Origin: Eledone cirrhosa
Taxonomy: Eukaryota
Length of the DNA stretch: 64,000 nt
Direction of reading: 5' to 3'
Assembly: GCA_964016885.1 (NCBI GenBank)
Contig: OZ024744.1
Span: forward strand, 42,222,001-42,286,000
The number at the start of each line of letters is the position of its first letter. Position 1 is the stretch's first letter. Position numbers and translations under genes: made by a program. This document shows positions 13,901 through 27,182 of the stretch, piece after piece. The notes beneath the pieces are model-generated. The model did not search any database. It was not told the DNA's origin and worked only from the letters and a program-made list of their open reading frames with translations.

Positions 13901-14459
13901 AACTCTTTTATGGAGAGTTGGTTAAAGGAAAACGACAGCCACATAAACCAAAAAAGAGGTATAAGGATTCGTTGAAAGCCTCTCTGAAAGACGCTAACAT
14001 CTCTGCTGATACATGGGAGAATATTGCTGCTGATCGTAATAAATGGAGAAAGACTGTATATGAGGGAAAGTTGCCTTTGAGGCATCTCGAATCGCATACG
14101 AGAAATTAAAGCGGGATGTGAGGAAGGGCATTGCTGTTGCACTTCCAGACGGCGAGGGTCCTCCTATGGTGCTGACATGCAACGTCTGTGCGAGACTCTG
14201 CCTAAGCAAAGCTGGACTCGAAAGTCATCTTCGCAGTCATAAAGTAAGACCAGTGGTTGACTACCAGGCTGCTGTTGGAGATGCTACTCATCATGCTTGC
14301 CAAACATGTGGTAGAGAATGTAAATCAGCAGGAGGGCTCAAGCGACATGCAAAAGTACACGAACTCCAACCACAGCCGACTATTCCCAGTGAATGTGTTG
14401 GTTGCCGACTCTGTGCAAGACATTTTAGATCATTGGCTGGGCTAAAAAGCCACATTTGA
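10931..14459 (+). pseudogene. RTE ORF: APE endonuclease, RT, three C-terminal C2H2 zinc fingers
   Basis: WNVRTL, LSETR, SVYAPT, LGDFNARVG, WTDH; VDLTKAFD, GVKQG, LYADD (about 13290-13306); fingers CNVC..H..H, CQTC..H..H, CRLC..H. One stop (11237) and about 3 frameshifts. Confidence 0.9.
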
Positions 14460-14683
14460 TCGCAGCGCTGTTAGTTGCTATCGTGTGTGTGTGTGTATGT
14501 GTGTGTGTAGATATGCTTATGTGTGTGCGTGTGTGTGTATATATATATATGTATATGTATATTATTATTGTTGTTGACGTTATTATTATTGTTATTATTA
14601 TTATTATTAGTATTATTGTTATTAATGTATGTGTGTGTGTATATGTGTGTGTGAGTATGTGTGTGTGTGTATATATGTATGTA

Positions 14684-14822
<139 letters not shown>

Positions 14823-14960
14823 CATTTTTTTTATTTTATTTTTATTTATTTATTATTATTATAATTTTGTTTTCTTTCTCCTCGTGCAATGGCCATACTC
14901 GATAACGAGGAGGCAGCCATCATATACTATGTATGTATATACATATATATGTATGTATAT

Positions 14961-15535
14961 ACCTGTCTCATGGTCGGCTCGTTGGCGACTAAACTGGCAA
15001 CCCTACCAAGTTTTCTTGGTGAGGAGGGTGACTTTGAACATCCTGCAGGACTAAAAACAAAACCTGTCAAAGGGCAAAGTAGCTCTTAAGAGTCAATGGC
15101 CATCTAAAATCACCGGGAGAGATGACCCCTTAGCCTTTGTCAAAGAAGAATTCTAGGAGAAGGAAAACTCTGATATAACACCTGCAACCCTGATGGTATC
15201 CAATGATGTTGACTTGTTCTTCTTTTTGGTAAATATCATCTTGGTTAAGAGAGTGGGACTGGCTTTGTGCAGTGCCTTTGCTCGCTAAAAAAGCTTCACG
15301 GCACAGGCATTGCTTTATATCTGGAGATCTCCCTGCACTTGTCATACATGGTACCATGGGCCCAGCACTATGGGTCAATAATTGTCACAAGTGTAGTGTC
15401 TGTACCAGAGTTTTCAAGTCGCTGGCTGGACAAAAAGTCACACTCGTTCAGCGCATCGGTAGGGGTTCTCCTACATGGATATAAAGTAGTGGCCGTACTC
15501 GAAAACGAGTTGGCAGCCACCATATACTATGTATG
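14961..15535 (+). mobile_element. Non-autonomous bipartite RTE derivative (5' UTR fused to 3' end)
   Basis: 15100-15315 resembles the RTE 5' UTR at 10400-10630. 15385-15445 encodes a finger remnant HKCSVCTRVFKSLAG. 15490-15535 matches the tail at 14890-14935. Confidence 0.7.
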
Positions 15536-15571
15536 TATGATTTTAAGCATATATTAGGTATTTTTATATGT

Positions 15572-16045
15572 ATCATCATCATCATCATCATCGTTTAACG
15601 TAAATCTTCCACGCTAGCATGCGTTTAGACGGGAATTGTCCCACGTGAGGCAAGATTGGTTGTCTTGCTCGTGTAGGACTGTCTGGCGAGTTTTCTAGGG
15701 CTGGATGCCCTTCCTAACACCAACCACGTTTACAGTGTGGACTGGGAGGTTTTTACTGTGTTACCTACACGGCCACATTACAGCGTGGACTGTGTGTTTT
15801 TTTTTTGTCGTGACTCCTACACAACCTCATTTATTTAGGACTGGATGTTGTGGTACCAAGATAACTTTATAGAGAAAGGGGTGGTGTTGATGGCGGTGTG
15901 GGTGGGGGAGTTGGAGTAGTGGGATGAGGGTGTATATTTGATTAAGAGGTGCCTACTGACTGTAGGTTCGCTTTGTACTTAGGCAAGGCGGGTCTTCTGT
16001 ATTACTGCGTAACGCCAAAGATCTCGGTCCAGTGACATTGTCTTT
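15572..16045 (-). mobile_element. 3' fragment of a second RTE family
   Basis: Ends ...DRDLWRYAVIQKTR. 3' UTR is homologous to 34983-35400; (ATG)n tail on minus strand. Confidence 0.75.
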
Positions 16046-16427
16046 TGTATGTATTTATGTATGTATGTGTGTATGTACGTATGTATGTATGACTGTGTGC
16101 GTATGTATGTATATATATATATGTATGAATATACGTATGCATGTAGGTATGTATATGTATATATATATATCTGTGTATATGGGCATAACATATACATACG
16201 TCTCTATGCCATACATGTGTATCTATGTGAATATGTGTGTATGAGAGAGATAGATAGATAAATAGATGGCGAGAGAGAGAGAGAAAGAGGTTGTGCATTC
16301 GTAGGTCTAAATAGGGGAGGGCTTTTCTTTCAAATATGATATATTAAAAACATAGCTGTGCTTAAGTGTGATCCTTTTTTTAAAGGGTTTTTCATAATTA
16401 CTTATTATTTCTTTATGTTTGCTTCAG

Positions 16428-16502
16428 AACAGTACCATTTCTGGATATATAAATCTATTAATGTTTTGAGGCCTTCTCATCCACATCTTCAGAATAAGAA
16501 AG
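16428..16502 (+). CDS. Candidate 75-nt host exon (unknown gene)
   Basis: Pyrimidine tract + TTCAG acceptor, AAG|GTAACA donor, open frame (E)QYHFWIYKSINVLRPSHPHLQNKK, in apparently non-repeat DNA. No homology recognised. Confidence 0.25.
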
Positions 16503-16510
16503 GTAACATA

Positions 16511-17335
16511 CGAGGTGTGTCTGAAAAGTAACAGGACTTAGTGTGCTCTGTGATCTATGAGTGGGGTAGGGATTAGCAGCTTGTGTCGCTGTGTGACCGG
16601 CATAGAGAAACCAACCAACCTGAAATTTATGGTCCAGCTGGGGAAAACTCCATCAGAAGCACACTGAATACTGCAGCAAGTGTACGGAGATGAGAAGATG
16701 TCATGTTCATGGGTTCTCAAGTAGCACAAAAGGTCTAAAAGGATGCAAGGACATGGAAGACAACCCCAGGAGCAGGAGGCTTCAACAGAACTGAGGCCAA
16801 CATTGAGCAAGTGAGGCAGGTGGTGCATGGCTATCATTGTCTGATTGTTTGACTCATTGCAAGGGAGCTGGGCATGAACCACAACAGCATTTGGAAGATT
16901 ATCGCCAATGATTTGGGCATGCGGAAGATCGGAGCTCATAAAACCCTGAGCATCCGCAGTTCCAGGACTAAAGAATATTGTTGTACCAGAAGAACCTCCT
17001 TATTTAGTTGATCTTGCTGTGTGTGACATTTTTCTTTTCCCCAAGATCACGGGGTTCATCAAGGGGTTCCCCAGGATCACGGGATTCATCAAGGGGTTTC
17101 CCAAGATCAGGGGGTTCATGAAGCCGTGGAAGCTATCAAGAGGGCCATATCGAAGGAGCTGAAAGGCATCCCAGAATAATCCTTCCAGCAGTGCATTAGA
17201 AGTGTGGCAGAGAAGGATGGGAAAGTGCATTAGACTTGAAGGGAGTTACTTTGAAAGGGAAACCATATTGTTTGATTTTGGAATTGAAATATATTGTTTG
17301 TGACACCAGTGCCATTACTTTTCAGACAGACCTTG
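16511..17335 (+). mobile_element. Internally deleted mariner-family DNA transposon
   Basis: TA flanks; TIRs CGAGGTGTGTCTGAAAAGTAA / TTACTTTTCAGACAGACCTTG; remnants KFMVQLGKT...VYGD, PPYLVDLAVCDIFLFPK (YSPDLAP-like), KCIRLEGSYFE. Confidence 0.85.
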
Positions 17336-17550
17336 TATATGAAGTAATGTCTTAAGATTTTAATATAAATTTTCTTTCAAATATGCAACCATTTATTTTG
17401 TAATAACCCTTTGTGTTTAAGGGTGTGCACATCCATTCCCAGGTTGAAAGTCTATGTTGGAAGATTGCAAAAGAGTACAGGCTCTGTTAATAAGGTCATC
17501 TATATATAAATTTGAGCAATTTCCGTCCGTCCATCCTTCTGTCAAACACC

Positions 17551-17770
17551 AGAGATGACTGAGGAAGGAAGGGGCGATGATGTCACACACTAAAGACGAC
17601 TGAGGAAGGAAGGGGTGATAATGTCACACTCTAGAGATGACTGAGGAAGGAAGGGGTGATGATGTCACACACTAGAGATGATTGAGGAAGGAAGGGGTGA
17701 TGATGTCACACACTAGAGATGACTGTGGAAGGAAGGGGTGATGATGTCACACACTAAAGATGAGTGAGAT
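17551..17770 (+). repeat. 41-bp minisatellite, about 5 copies, in the Helitron 5' region
   Basis: Unit AGAGATGACTGAGGAAGGAAGGGGTGATGATGTCACACACT. Confidence 0.9.
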
Positions 17771-18754
17771 GAGTGAATTCTGGCTGGATAGGGCCGGTTT
17801 AAATGCTAAAGGGTTAAAGCAACTGAGTCCATCTCCTCTATCATTTTAAGTCATAGATATTAACAAAATCCCTTACCCAGAAGATCAATAGTGCATACAT
17901 GTGAATGCTGGGAAAAATCCAGAACATCTGGAAAGCACGTATCCTCATTATCTATAAAAGGCATATTGTTGTTGTTGTTGTGTGTGTGTGCATGTTCCAT
18001 GTTTATACATTTGCACGATTTCAAACCGATTCGACTCAAAGTGTGTAAGAATGTTGTAAATGGTCTAACTTAGGTCAACAACTATTTATTTCATTCAAAC
18101 TCACACACAATTACGGAAATAATCGATAAAACTAAATACATGAGGCTTTACCCCTATAATACCTTCTGATTACTCTGCCTAACATCCCTTAAAAATCGGA
18201 AAAAAAAATCCATCTGCAACCTATCCACTCCTTACTAATTTCCTTTAGAGAGAGAGAAAAAAATAAAGAAGTGAGCCAGAGACAAACGTTAAATACATGA
18301 CGCTTATAAACCCACTCCTTAATAATTTCCTTTAGAGAGAGAGAAAAAATAAAGGAGTGAGGTAGAGAGTGAGAGACAGAGACAAACGTTAAATACATGA
18401 CCCTTACATTTTATACCAAACTACAATTATTCAAAAGCAACAGATAAATTTATTCAACAATCTTTTATATACGCTTAAAATCTTCTTTTAAAACATCTAT
18501 CATCCAACTCACACAATTACATTTTGTGTATAACATATTTACACGTTTATTGAGTGAAAAAAAAACCACATAGGGATTTTTGGCCAAACAACTTCAAATT
18601 GCTGACAGAAGCGCGCTTTCAACAAACTGTGAGTTATTTATTTGCCGTTCGTTCTCCCATTTTTCCCCTGCGGAACGCAGACAGTTTTCAGCCTTATACT
18701 TTCAAAGGCAATTTTGCTGTAGAAGTAACTTTCACCCTTTCTTTTTCACATAAA

Positions 18755-21700
18755 ATGCCACCTAAAAAGAGAAGTCGCCTCGGTCGCCATACCGCGTCAG
18801 CGGCGGCGCAGAGGGCGATTAAAGCAAACGAGACCCCCCCCCCCCGAGGAAACTGCTTTAAGACTTTCACAGAGCGCCTTACGTTCAGCGGAATGCAGAG
18901 CTGCTGAAAGTTTTCAACAACGCACCGCACGCCTAGCTAAGATGGCTTCATATGACGCCTCGAGACGTGCTGCGATGTGCGATTCAGAGCGGACGATACG
19001 TCATTCAAAAAAAAAAAACGCTTCTACTGCTACTTCCAGGGCTTCAGAGGGCCCGGAACAAAGGTCGACTCGCCTGAATAGAAACGCTGATGCTACTGCT
19101 GCTTCCAGGGCTTCAGAGGGCCCGGAACAAAGGGCGGCTCGACTGACTAGAAACGCTGCGGCTACTGCTGCTTCTAGGGCTTTGGAAGGTTTGGAACGGT
19201 GGACGAATCGCCTTGCTAGGAACGCTGCGGCTATGACTGCTTCCATGGCTTCTGAAGATGCAGACGGGCGCTCCATTAGGATTGCAAGGGTGGCTTCTGC
19301 TACTGCTGCGAGAGCTTCCCACGACCCACAGGAGCAACATTCTACGTTGGAGCAGAACAGTTGACGACAAGAAGCTGCCCGTGGTGTGACGAGCCCCAAC
19401 AGCCCATACTGGAACCTACGAGCTTTCAAGTATGAGCCCAACGTTAACTACTCGATCCGTGCCGACATAAATATAGGGGAAATGCGCTTCAATTGCAAAT
19501 TCTGCAATGCTAAAAAGTGGGCTGGGGAGCCACCTGCAATGTGCTGCTTAAACGGTAAGGTCAGCTTGCCCCCTCTTGGGGAACCACCAGAGCCTTTGAA
19601 GGAACTACTTACTGGTTCTACCTCAAGGTCATCCAAATTCCTTCAACTCATCAGGAAGTACAATTGTGCGTTTCAAATGACTTCTTTCGGGGCTAACGTT
19701 GTCAGGGAAAGTGGTTGGATGCCTACTTTCAAGGTCCAGGGTACCATCTTATTGGGTCGCTCCAGCCACTACAAAATTGCAAGCCTTCGTTCCTTCAAAT
19801 TTACTTCATTCTAACTACAGTAGGCAAGTTGATGCGCGGTTCGGCGTTATTCCAACATTTGCAAACACTGTCGCTGACACTTTTGAAAGGACGTGCTGCT
19901 CGGTCTTCAAAACATGCTTCATGAGCACAACAGTTATATTCGCAGTTTCAAATACGCATTGGAAACAAATCCTTCACCAAACTTCACCATTGTCATCGAT
20001 GCTGACAAAAGACCTTCTGGGGAGCACGCACGCCGTTATAACGTTCCTTCGTGCAATGAAGTGGCCGTAGTTATCCATGATGAACAGCACAATAAGCGAG
20101 ACATAGTTCTTCTAAGCCGTGACAGTGGTCTTCGACGTATTAATGAGACGCATCGTTCATACGACGCCCTGCAGTATCCCCTTCTCTTTGCATACGGAGA
20201 AGACGGGTACCATGTCGGCATTCCTCAGCGCAAACCAAACGAGCCCACTGCTGCGACATCTAAAACTGTTTCATGCATGGCTTTATACTCATATCGCTTC
20301 ATGACGAGGCCTAACAATTTCAGCACCCTGCACAGGTCACGGGAACTGTTTCACCAGTTTGCAGTTGACATGGCTGCAAAGATGGAGACGAAGAGACTGT
20401 GCTTCATAAAATTGAATCAGAAGCAGCTGCGCTCAGACTCCTACATCCATTTGCGTGACGGCATCAGGAATGACACTGACCCCCGGAACATCGGCAAAAT
20501 GTGCATTCTCCCCTCAACCTATACGGGGGGGGGCGTATATGCACGAGCGAACACAGGACGCTATGACGTTCGTTCGGCATTATGGGTGCCCCAATTTATT
20601 CATCACGTTTACGTGTAACCCCAAGTGGGTTGAGGTTACGCGGGAACTTATCCAAGTCAGCAGTACTGCCATCGGCATGATATTATTGCCATGGTTTTCA
20701 GGCAGAAGCTGGCTAAGCTAATTGATCTAATCAAAAAGGGGCAGGTTTGGGGGCCTGTTAGGTGCCACATGTATACTGTTGAGTGGCAGAAGAGAGGGTT
20801 GCCACACGCGCACATTTTGGTTTGGTTGGTCACCAAAATAGACCCTACAGTTATAGATGACGTTATTGCAGCGGAAATACTGGACCCCGTTGTTGACCGG
20901 CAGCTGTACGACATTGTGAAGGCACACATGGTGCACGGTCAGTGCGGTCCCGGTTTTCAAGAGTTCTCTTCATGCCACAAGGACCAAGTGTGCACTAAAC
21001 GATACCCAAAGAGGTTTGTTGAGGAGACTCAGACCGGCGGCGACGGATACCCACTGTACAGACAAAGGCGGCCTGAGAATATATCAGCAGTGGTGAAACT
21101 TTTGGGCGGATATTCGGGTTTCCACTTCACCAAGGGCACCCCGCCATCATACAACTAGCGGTTCATTTGGAAAACGGCCAGCGGGCTTACTTTCCTGAAC
21201 AGACTGCTGCTCATTTGGCGGCCAATCCAAAAGAAACAACTTTTACTGTTTTTTTTACGCTTTGCCAACTTGACACATTTGCAAAAACACTTTCATATCC
21301 TCAGGTCCCGTCCTACTATGTATGGTCAAACAACACTTGGGTGCGTAGGAAGTCAGGTCAGGATGTTGAAGGAAATCCTGGTGTCAAGTTTGACAGTTGT
21401 CTAGGAAGAGTGTACACTGTACCTCCCAACCAGCATGAGTGTTTTCACCTGCGCCTTCTCCATGAGGTTTTTGGCCCACAAAGCTTTCTAGACATAAGAA
21501 CTGTTGACGGTGAATTATGTGATACTTTCCGGGAAGCCTGCTTTAGGCGTGGCCTTTTGGAGGATGATTCACAATGGGGCGGCACTATGGCAAAGGGCGT
21601 TTTGTTGAAATCTCCTAAAAGACTAAGATAGCTTTTCGCTATTCTACTCCTATGGTGCGACTTGGGTGATCCGGCCTCTTTATGGCTTAGCTACAAAGAT

Positions 21701-23294
21701 TACATGTCTGAAGATTTCCTGTGTTACGCTCTGTTGCTAAACCCATCGATGGAGGTCGGGTACAGTGACCTCATTTACAACAGGGCCCTGCTTGAAATCG
21801 AAGATACTGTTCTCGATATGGGCGGTAGTGCGTTGGCTGTGTATGGCCTACCTTCAACAAACCGGGAAGGCGCAAACACTCTGTCTTCGGATTTGCTGCG
21901 TGAGATATCTTATAATGTTGACGAGCTTGCCCAGTACATAGCGGAGAATGAGCCAAATCTCCTTCCAGAACAGAAATTCGCTTACAACTCCGTTGTTAAT
22001 TCTGTCCGGGGCTAAGTTGGGGGGATTTTTTTCCTGGACGCTCCTGGGAGGACTGGGAAAACTTTTGTCACCAAATTAATATTAGCTGAGATTAGGCGAA
22101 CAGAAGGCATTGCCTTAGCTGTGGCATCATCTGGAATTGCGGCTACTTTGATGCCGGGCGGCAGGACAGCTCACTCCTATTTCAAGCTCCCGCTTGACTT
22201 AGCGAAGACTGAGACACCCACTTGCAACATCAGTAAGAGCTCCGATCAGGCAGAAGTGTTCAGACGATGCAAGCTTATCGTTTGGGACGAATGCACGATG
22301 GCCCACAGAGGTGCTCTTGAGGCGCTCGATAGAACTCTGAGAGACATCAAAGAGTCTACGGCTCCAATGGGAGGCATAACACTTCTTCTTTCAGGGGACT
22401 TCAGGCAAACGCTTCCCGTTATTCGCAAGGGGACTAGAGCTGATGCAGTACGTGCGTGTCTTAAGTCATCTGCATTGTGGCCCCTGGTGAAGACTCTGAA
22501 ACTTCACACTAACATGCGTGCTCATATGCGAGGTGATATCGCATCAGCAGCATTTTCTCACACCCTCCTTGCACTTGGCGAAGGCAAAACGCCCGGGGAT
22601 GAAAAGGGTAATATTGCCATCGACTCACTTTGTACCGTTGTTAGTACGCCTTCTGATCTCAGGGATGCAGTGTTCCCAGATCTCCAAACAAATTATCAGA
22701 ATATGGATTGGCTTGCCCAAAGGGCTATTCTGGCCCCGAGGAATAAAACTGTTAACCATATTAATGATCAAATGCTAAACCTCATTTCTGGGGACTCCTG
22801 ACCCCGAGGACGTCATCAACTATCCAATAGAGGTACTAAATTACTTTGAGCCCCCCGGATTACCCCCCACACATTTTGAAACTTAAAGTTGGTGCCCTAT
22901 AATGCTCATTCGAAATTTGGTTCCGCCGAAACAATGCAATGACACACGTTTGGTCGTTAAGTCCTTAGCTCCCAATCTGATTGAGGCCACGATAATCACA
23001 GGGTGCGGTCGGAGCAAGGTTGTGCTCATACCGAGAATGCATCTTTTCCCATCAGGAGCAGACCTACCTTTCACATTTCGGAGGTCCCAGTTCCCGGTCA
23101 GGCCATGCTTCGCAATGTCAATTAACAAAGCGCAGGGGCAAACACTGTCTGTCCCGGGAATACATTTGGGGTAGCCGAGTTTCTCTCATGGTCAGCTTTA
23201 CGTTGGCTGCTCGCGTGTCGGCAACAAGAGTGATGATTTCGCGTTCGTTCCGCAAGGAAAAACAAAAAACATTTTGTACAAGGAGGTTTTATAG
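18755..23294 (+). pseudogene. Helitron Rep/Pif1-like helicase, multiply frameshifted
   Basis: N-terminal 22-aa repeats; CKFC...CC; FITFTCNPKW; VEWQKRGLPHAH; DAPGRTGKT; IVWDE; GDFRQ; FAMSINKAQGQT. Rep motif-3 region appears deleted near 21080. Confidence 0.9.
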
Positions 23295-24456
23295 GATTAC
23301 TTCGATTCCTAATTTTATAACTTTTTAATTTTTTTAATTTTTGCCTTTTCGTGAGTACTTTCTAAGTAGGTTAACCTTCACTGCAGTGCACTGGACACTC
23401 CCCACCATCTGCCGAAAAAAAAGGCTGATTCTCGCGGCGTTACAAAGCTTCATTGCAACTCCGACCCTACCCAAATATCAGCTGTTGCTCCTCACCAAAC
23501 CCCGTTTGGTGGGCCTCGGTGGACCGTGGACAGGTTAGTATTTCACCTCCATACGACTCTCAAAGGGTGAACAATGCTTTAATGACGAGATTTACATTTT
23601 TAGGCGGTTCCCTGCAATTACTTCACACTTCACCAACACCTGGCCTCCGCTCAGCTCGATTTCCCTCCCTCCGTCGGCACAGCAACAGGCTCATCTTCTA
23701 CGTCCGACGTACATGATGCACCAACCATACAATGACCCATCTTCGACAATGTTTTCAGGTCCTTGTTTGCGGTTCCCTCAATCCACCCCCTCCCCCGTTA
23801 AAACATGTCATGCAGAACAACTCCATCGCAGCTCTGTTGTTCGGCTGGCATCGTCTACGCGCGTGTTGCGCAAGTACTGTGAAACAATAAATTAGACGAA
23901 ACTACAATTGTCACTGCTGACGCAGCTCCTGCTTCGGCAGTGCAGGTTTGCAATTCATTCAACCAGTACCTGGCAGACAAAAACGGGCTGCCATAAAATG
24001 GGTGGTGCAACCTAACTTTGGTAACTTACTGACCCCGAGCAACGCCGGGCTTTAATGCTAGTAACAAATAAATCTAAGGTTTATATCCTTGCCTTTTTGA
24101 CATCATAAAGTGGTGAAGTCTTGCATTAGTTGAACAAGTGACACATCACAACAAACCTGCTGATAGAGTTTTTCTCTGGAAATGAGATGTTTGCAGACAA
24201 GTTGGTAGACCAAACTTCAAACAGAAGTGAGACATAGATGACATCTGGTTGGAGGCCAGGGAACTTCATATCTTCACATGGCATTGCTGGACAGGTTGAA
24301 CAAGAGGAGGAAGAACATCATCATAGCACTGTTAAAGTGTGTGTGGAAAAAGATATATATATATATATATATATATAGATAAATCTACCAAAAGTTTACG
24401 GTAGTGTCCAATCCGTATGAAGATTTAATTTATATATATATATATATATACACACT

Positions 24457-24572
<116 letters not shown>

Positions 24573-24573
24573 T

Positions 24574-24625
<52 letters not shown>

Positions 24626-24709
24626 ATGTCTCTGTGTGTGTGTGTGCACACACGCGTGCATTAGTGTGGCATTTTCAAACCTGTAAGTATATATATATAT
24701 ATATATATC

Positions 24710-26020
24710 TAGTGGTAGAACACAGGAAGGTAATATCCGTAGTGGTAGAGCACTCAGTCCATGGGACGAGTTAGGTAGAAGTGGTTACACAACAGTTAGT
24801 TCACCATACCGAGAGCAATTGTTTCACCTTAGCGGATCCTCAGCTCGTAATGGACATGGTCATATGGAACAGGAAGGACAACCATACGAACGCGCATGCG
24901 CAGAAACCGCCACTTCACACAGGCAATACTAAAAAGCGTGCGAGAGGTGTAAGGGGGATAACTGCGAAAGTCCGAAAAGATTCTAGTTGATGAGAAAATT
25001 AGGATGTTGTGTTTCAATCCGGAGTTTTGTAGTTATGTAAGAGGTGTTTCCAGACGTGGGGACAACGTGTGAAGAATTCATTTCTCGTGTTTAGGCAATC
25101 ACTATTGCATAATCTCTTTAGAATATTTATTCGTTCATCAATACATAGTCCACACGACGGATTTCCCTTTGCGTATGGCTTGGACTTAGCGATGGCTATC
25201 CATTGAATGGAGTAGTCTATACTTGAGTCCTTGAGGGACCATACGTGACTTGCGAGTTTCGTGGATGAACGTCTGTCCGGGTACCTAAAGGTCGACTGGT
25301 GGTTCAGGAAGCTTTCCTTAAATCGGCCCTCCGCCACACCCACATAGGATTTGACCTCCTGTGTTGATTCGGTAGGCTGGAAGTGACCACAGCTTCATAA
25401 ATTACAGCGGGTGTGTTGCATTGTTGTTGAAGGGGACAAGCTTTGGGCTTACGGCAAGAACACCCTGGTGGGTGTTGCTCTTAGGGCTGTTGGTGATGTG
25501 AGCCTTCATGTTCTTAGCGCAGGAGTATCCTAGTTTTACTTTGTGACGATTAACTATGGAGCGGTATTTATGACCTATGGGAAAGTGTCTATCTAAGAGG
25601 GCTAGAAATGTTTTGCCTACATTGGTTATAACGTTGAGTGAGAAGGGAGGAGAGAACCAGATAGTTTGTCTATTGTTACGCTTTCTTTTCTTATTGCTGT
25701 TGTTGATAGTGGGAGAGTATGTGATAGGTTGCGAGAAGCCGGTTAGCTAACGCCGTGTTATAGTAGGGTGTCGCCCTGTCAAAGATAACCTTATTAGAGG
25801 AGAGGTTTGAGATTCTTGTACTAATATTATTTACGAAGTTTCTAAAAACAGTGGGAGGGTGGCATGAGTCCTTGTGAATGTAATTGAGTTTTTCGTTTAG
25901 CTTATGGAAGGGTCTGTAGGTGTGTGTGCGAAGGTCTAAATTAATGTCTAAGAAATCTACGCTAGAGAGGATGGTCGCTACTGTTGTCCTAAGTCCTAAC
26001 TCATTGAAATTAGAAGCTTA
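24710..26020 (-). mobile_element. Penelope-like element, 5'-truncated (thumb + GIY-YIG + pLTR), between (TA)n tracts
   Basis: VDFLDI.LDL, WFSPPFS, YVGV...FK...H, C.LC..E; frameshifted. Confidence 0.8.
24810..24847 (-). ncRNA. Degenerate minimal hammerhead ribozyme motif
   Basis: CGAG-CTGAGGA-tccgctaaggt-GAAAC-AATT-GCT-CTCG; U16.1 replaced by C, weak stem II. Confidence 0.5.
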
Positions 26021-26022
26021 GT

Positions 26023-26085
<63 letters not shown>

Positions 26086-27182
26086 TTTTAGTTCAGAAGA
26101 ACTTGGCATATAATTCCTTAAAGTGGTATCGACGAGTTTTCAATAAATAAATAAATGATCACCCCCCCCCCCCTGAAAATACTTATCACATTGATAAATA
26201 TTGGTCAACAAAGCAATCAATATCATCTTATTGATATCTGTGTCTCTGGCTAGCAGATATTGCCAAAGAAGCTGAACTGACAGAATCTAAAAACAACTCA
26301 AAGCTGGAATTGGTGTCAAGCCATGAAAAAAAAAAGGAGAGAAAAAAAATTAAAAAAAGAACAGTAAAAGCTTTAAAAATATTTTTTTGTTCTTTTTTTC
26401 TCCAGTTACTTTTATTATTTAAATTTTTTTTTTTTTTTTAGTTTTCATTTTTGCAATATCTTCTAAGACATAATTCAAAAAGACAAGAAACCAAGTGACA
26501 TTTACATATGTGTATAGAGGTGTTTAGAGGTGTGTGTGTATGTGTTCGTGTTTGGGTATGTATATGTGTGTATACACGCACACATATACATATTATATAT
26601 ATTTATATATTTATTTATTTATATGTGTGTGTGTGTGTGCATGTGTGCATATGGATGGATATGGACATGGATATACATATACTATCCAGAATTATCTAGA
26701 GATAAGCTTGCAGAACAAATATTTATCGACTTTGTAATCCATTATACCTATCTCCTCAAAACATCTGTGCTCTTCTGGTAAATTCAGAAATAATATTTAT
26801 GATGATTAATATTATTATTGTTGTTGTTGTTCTTAAACATTATTGATATTTTGGACAGTATAAGTACACTTCCTGTCAGACCACAATCCATGATCTAAGG
26901 TGAAAAGCATTCTTGTCCCCACCCCCATTAAGGTTCTTCTTTACTGTTCATAATTCTCCTTACATTGTATCAAGGAGTTTCTAAACGATGTTTGCATCCA
27001 CTCCCATTTTAAGGTCCAGCTTTCTAAGGCTTATTTTCAAATTATTTGTCACAGTTCCCAAGGCTTTAATGACAATTGGTAGGATCATAACCATGTTAAG
27101 TTCTTTATTCCATTACATGAGAATCTCATATTTCAGGTCAATGTAATGAACATTTTCTTTCTCCTTATTTTTCTAACCCCTA

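Larger units (their letters stand above)
17499..24061 (+). mobile_element. Helitron 1 (formerly autonomous)
   Basis: A|TC 5' end at 17499; 3' hairpin CCCGAGCAACGCCGGG at 24034-24049; CTAG|T at 24058-24061; RepHel inside. Confidence 0.92.

Noticed and set aside
14118-14459. Host C2H2 zinc-finger gene
   Set aside because: It is the frameshifted C-terminus of the RTE ORF and is present in both RTE copies.
17551-17770. Repeated CTGAGGA suggesting tandem hammerheads
   Set aside because: No GAAA or NUH element and no supporting stems in the 41-bp unit.
26258-26365. Possible exon DIAKEAELTESKNNSKLELVSSHEKKK
   Set aside because: Weak donor, runs into poly-A tracts, and the opposite strand is equally open; no support. 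Candidates near 34628 and 50985 are similarly weak.
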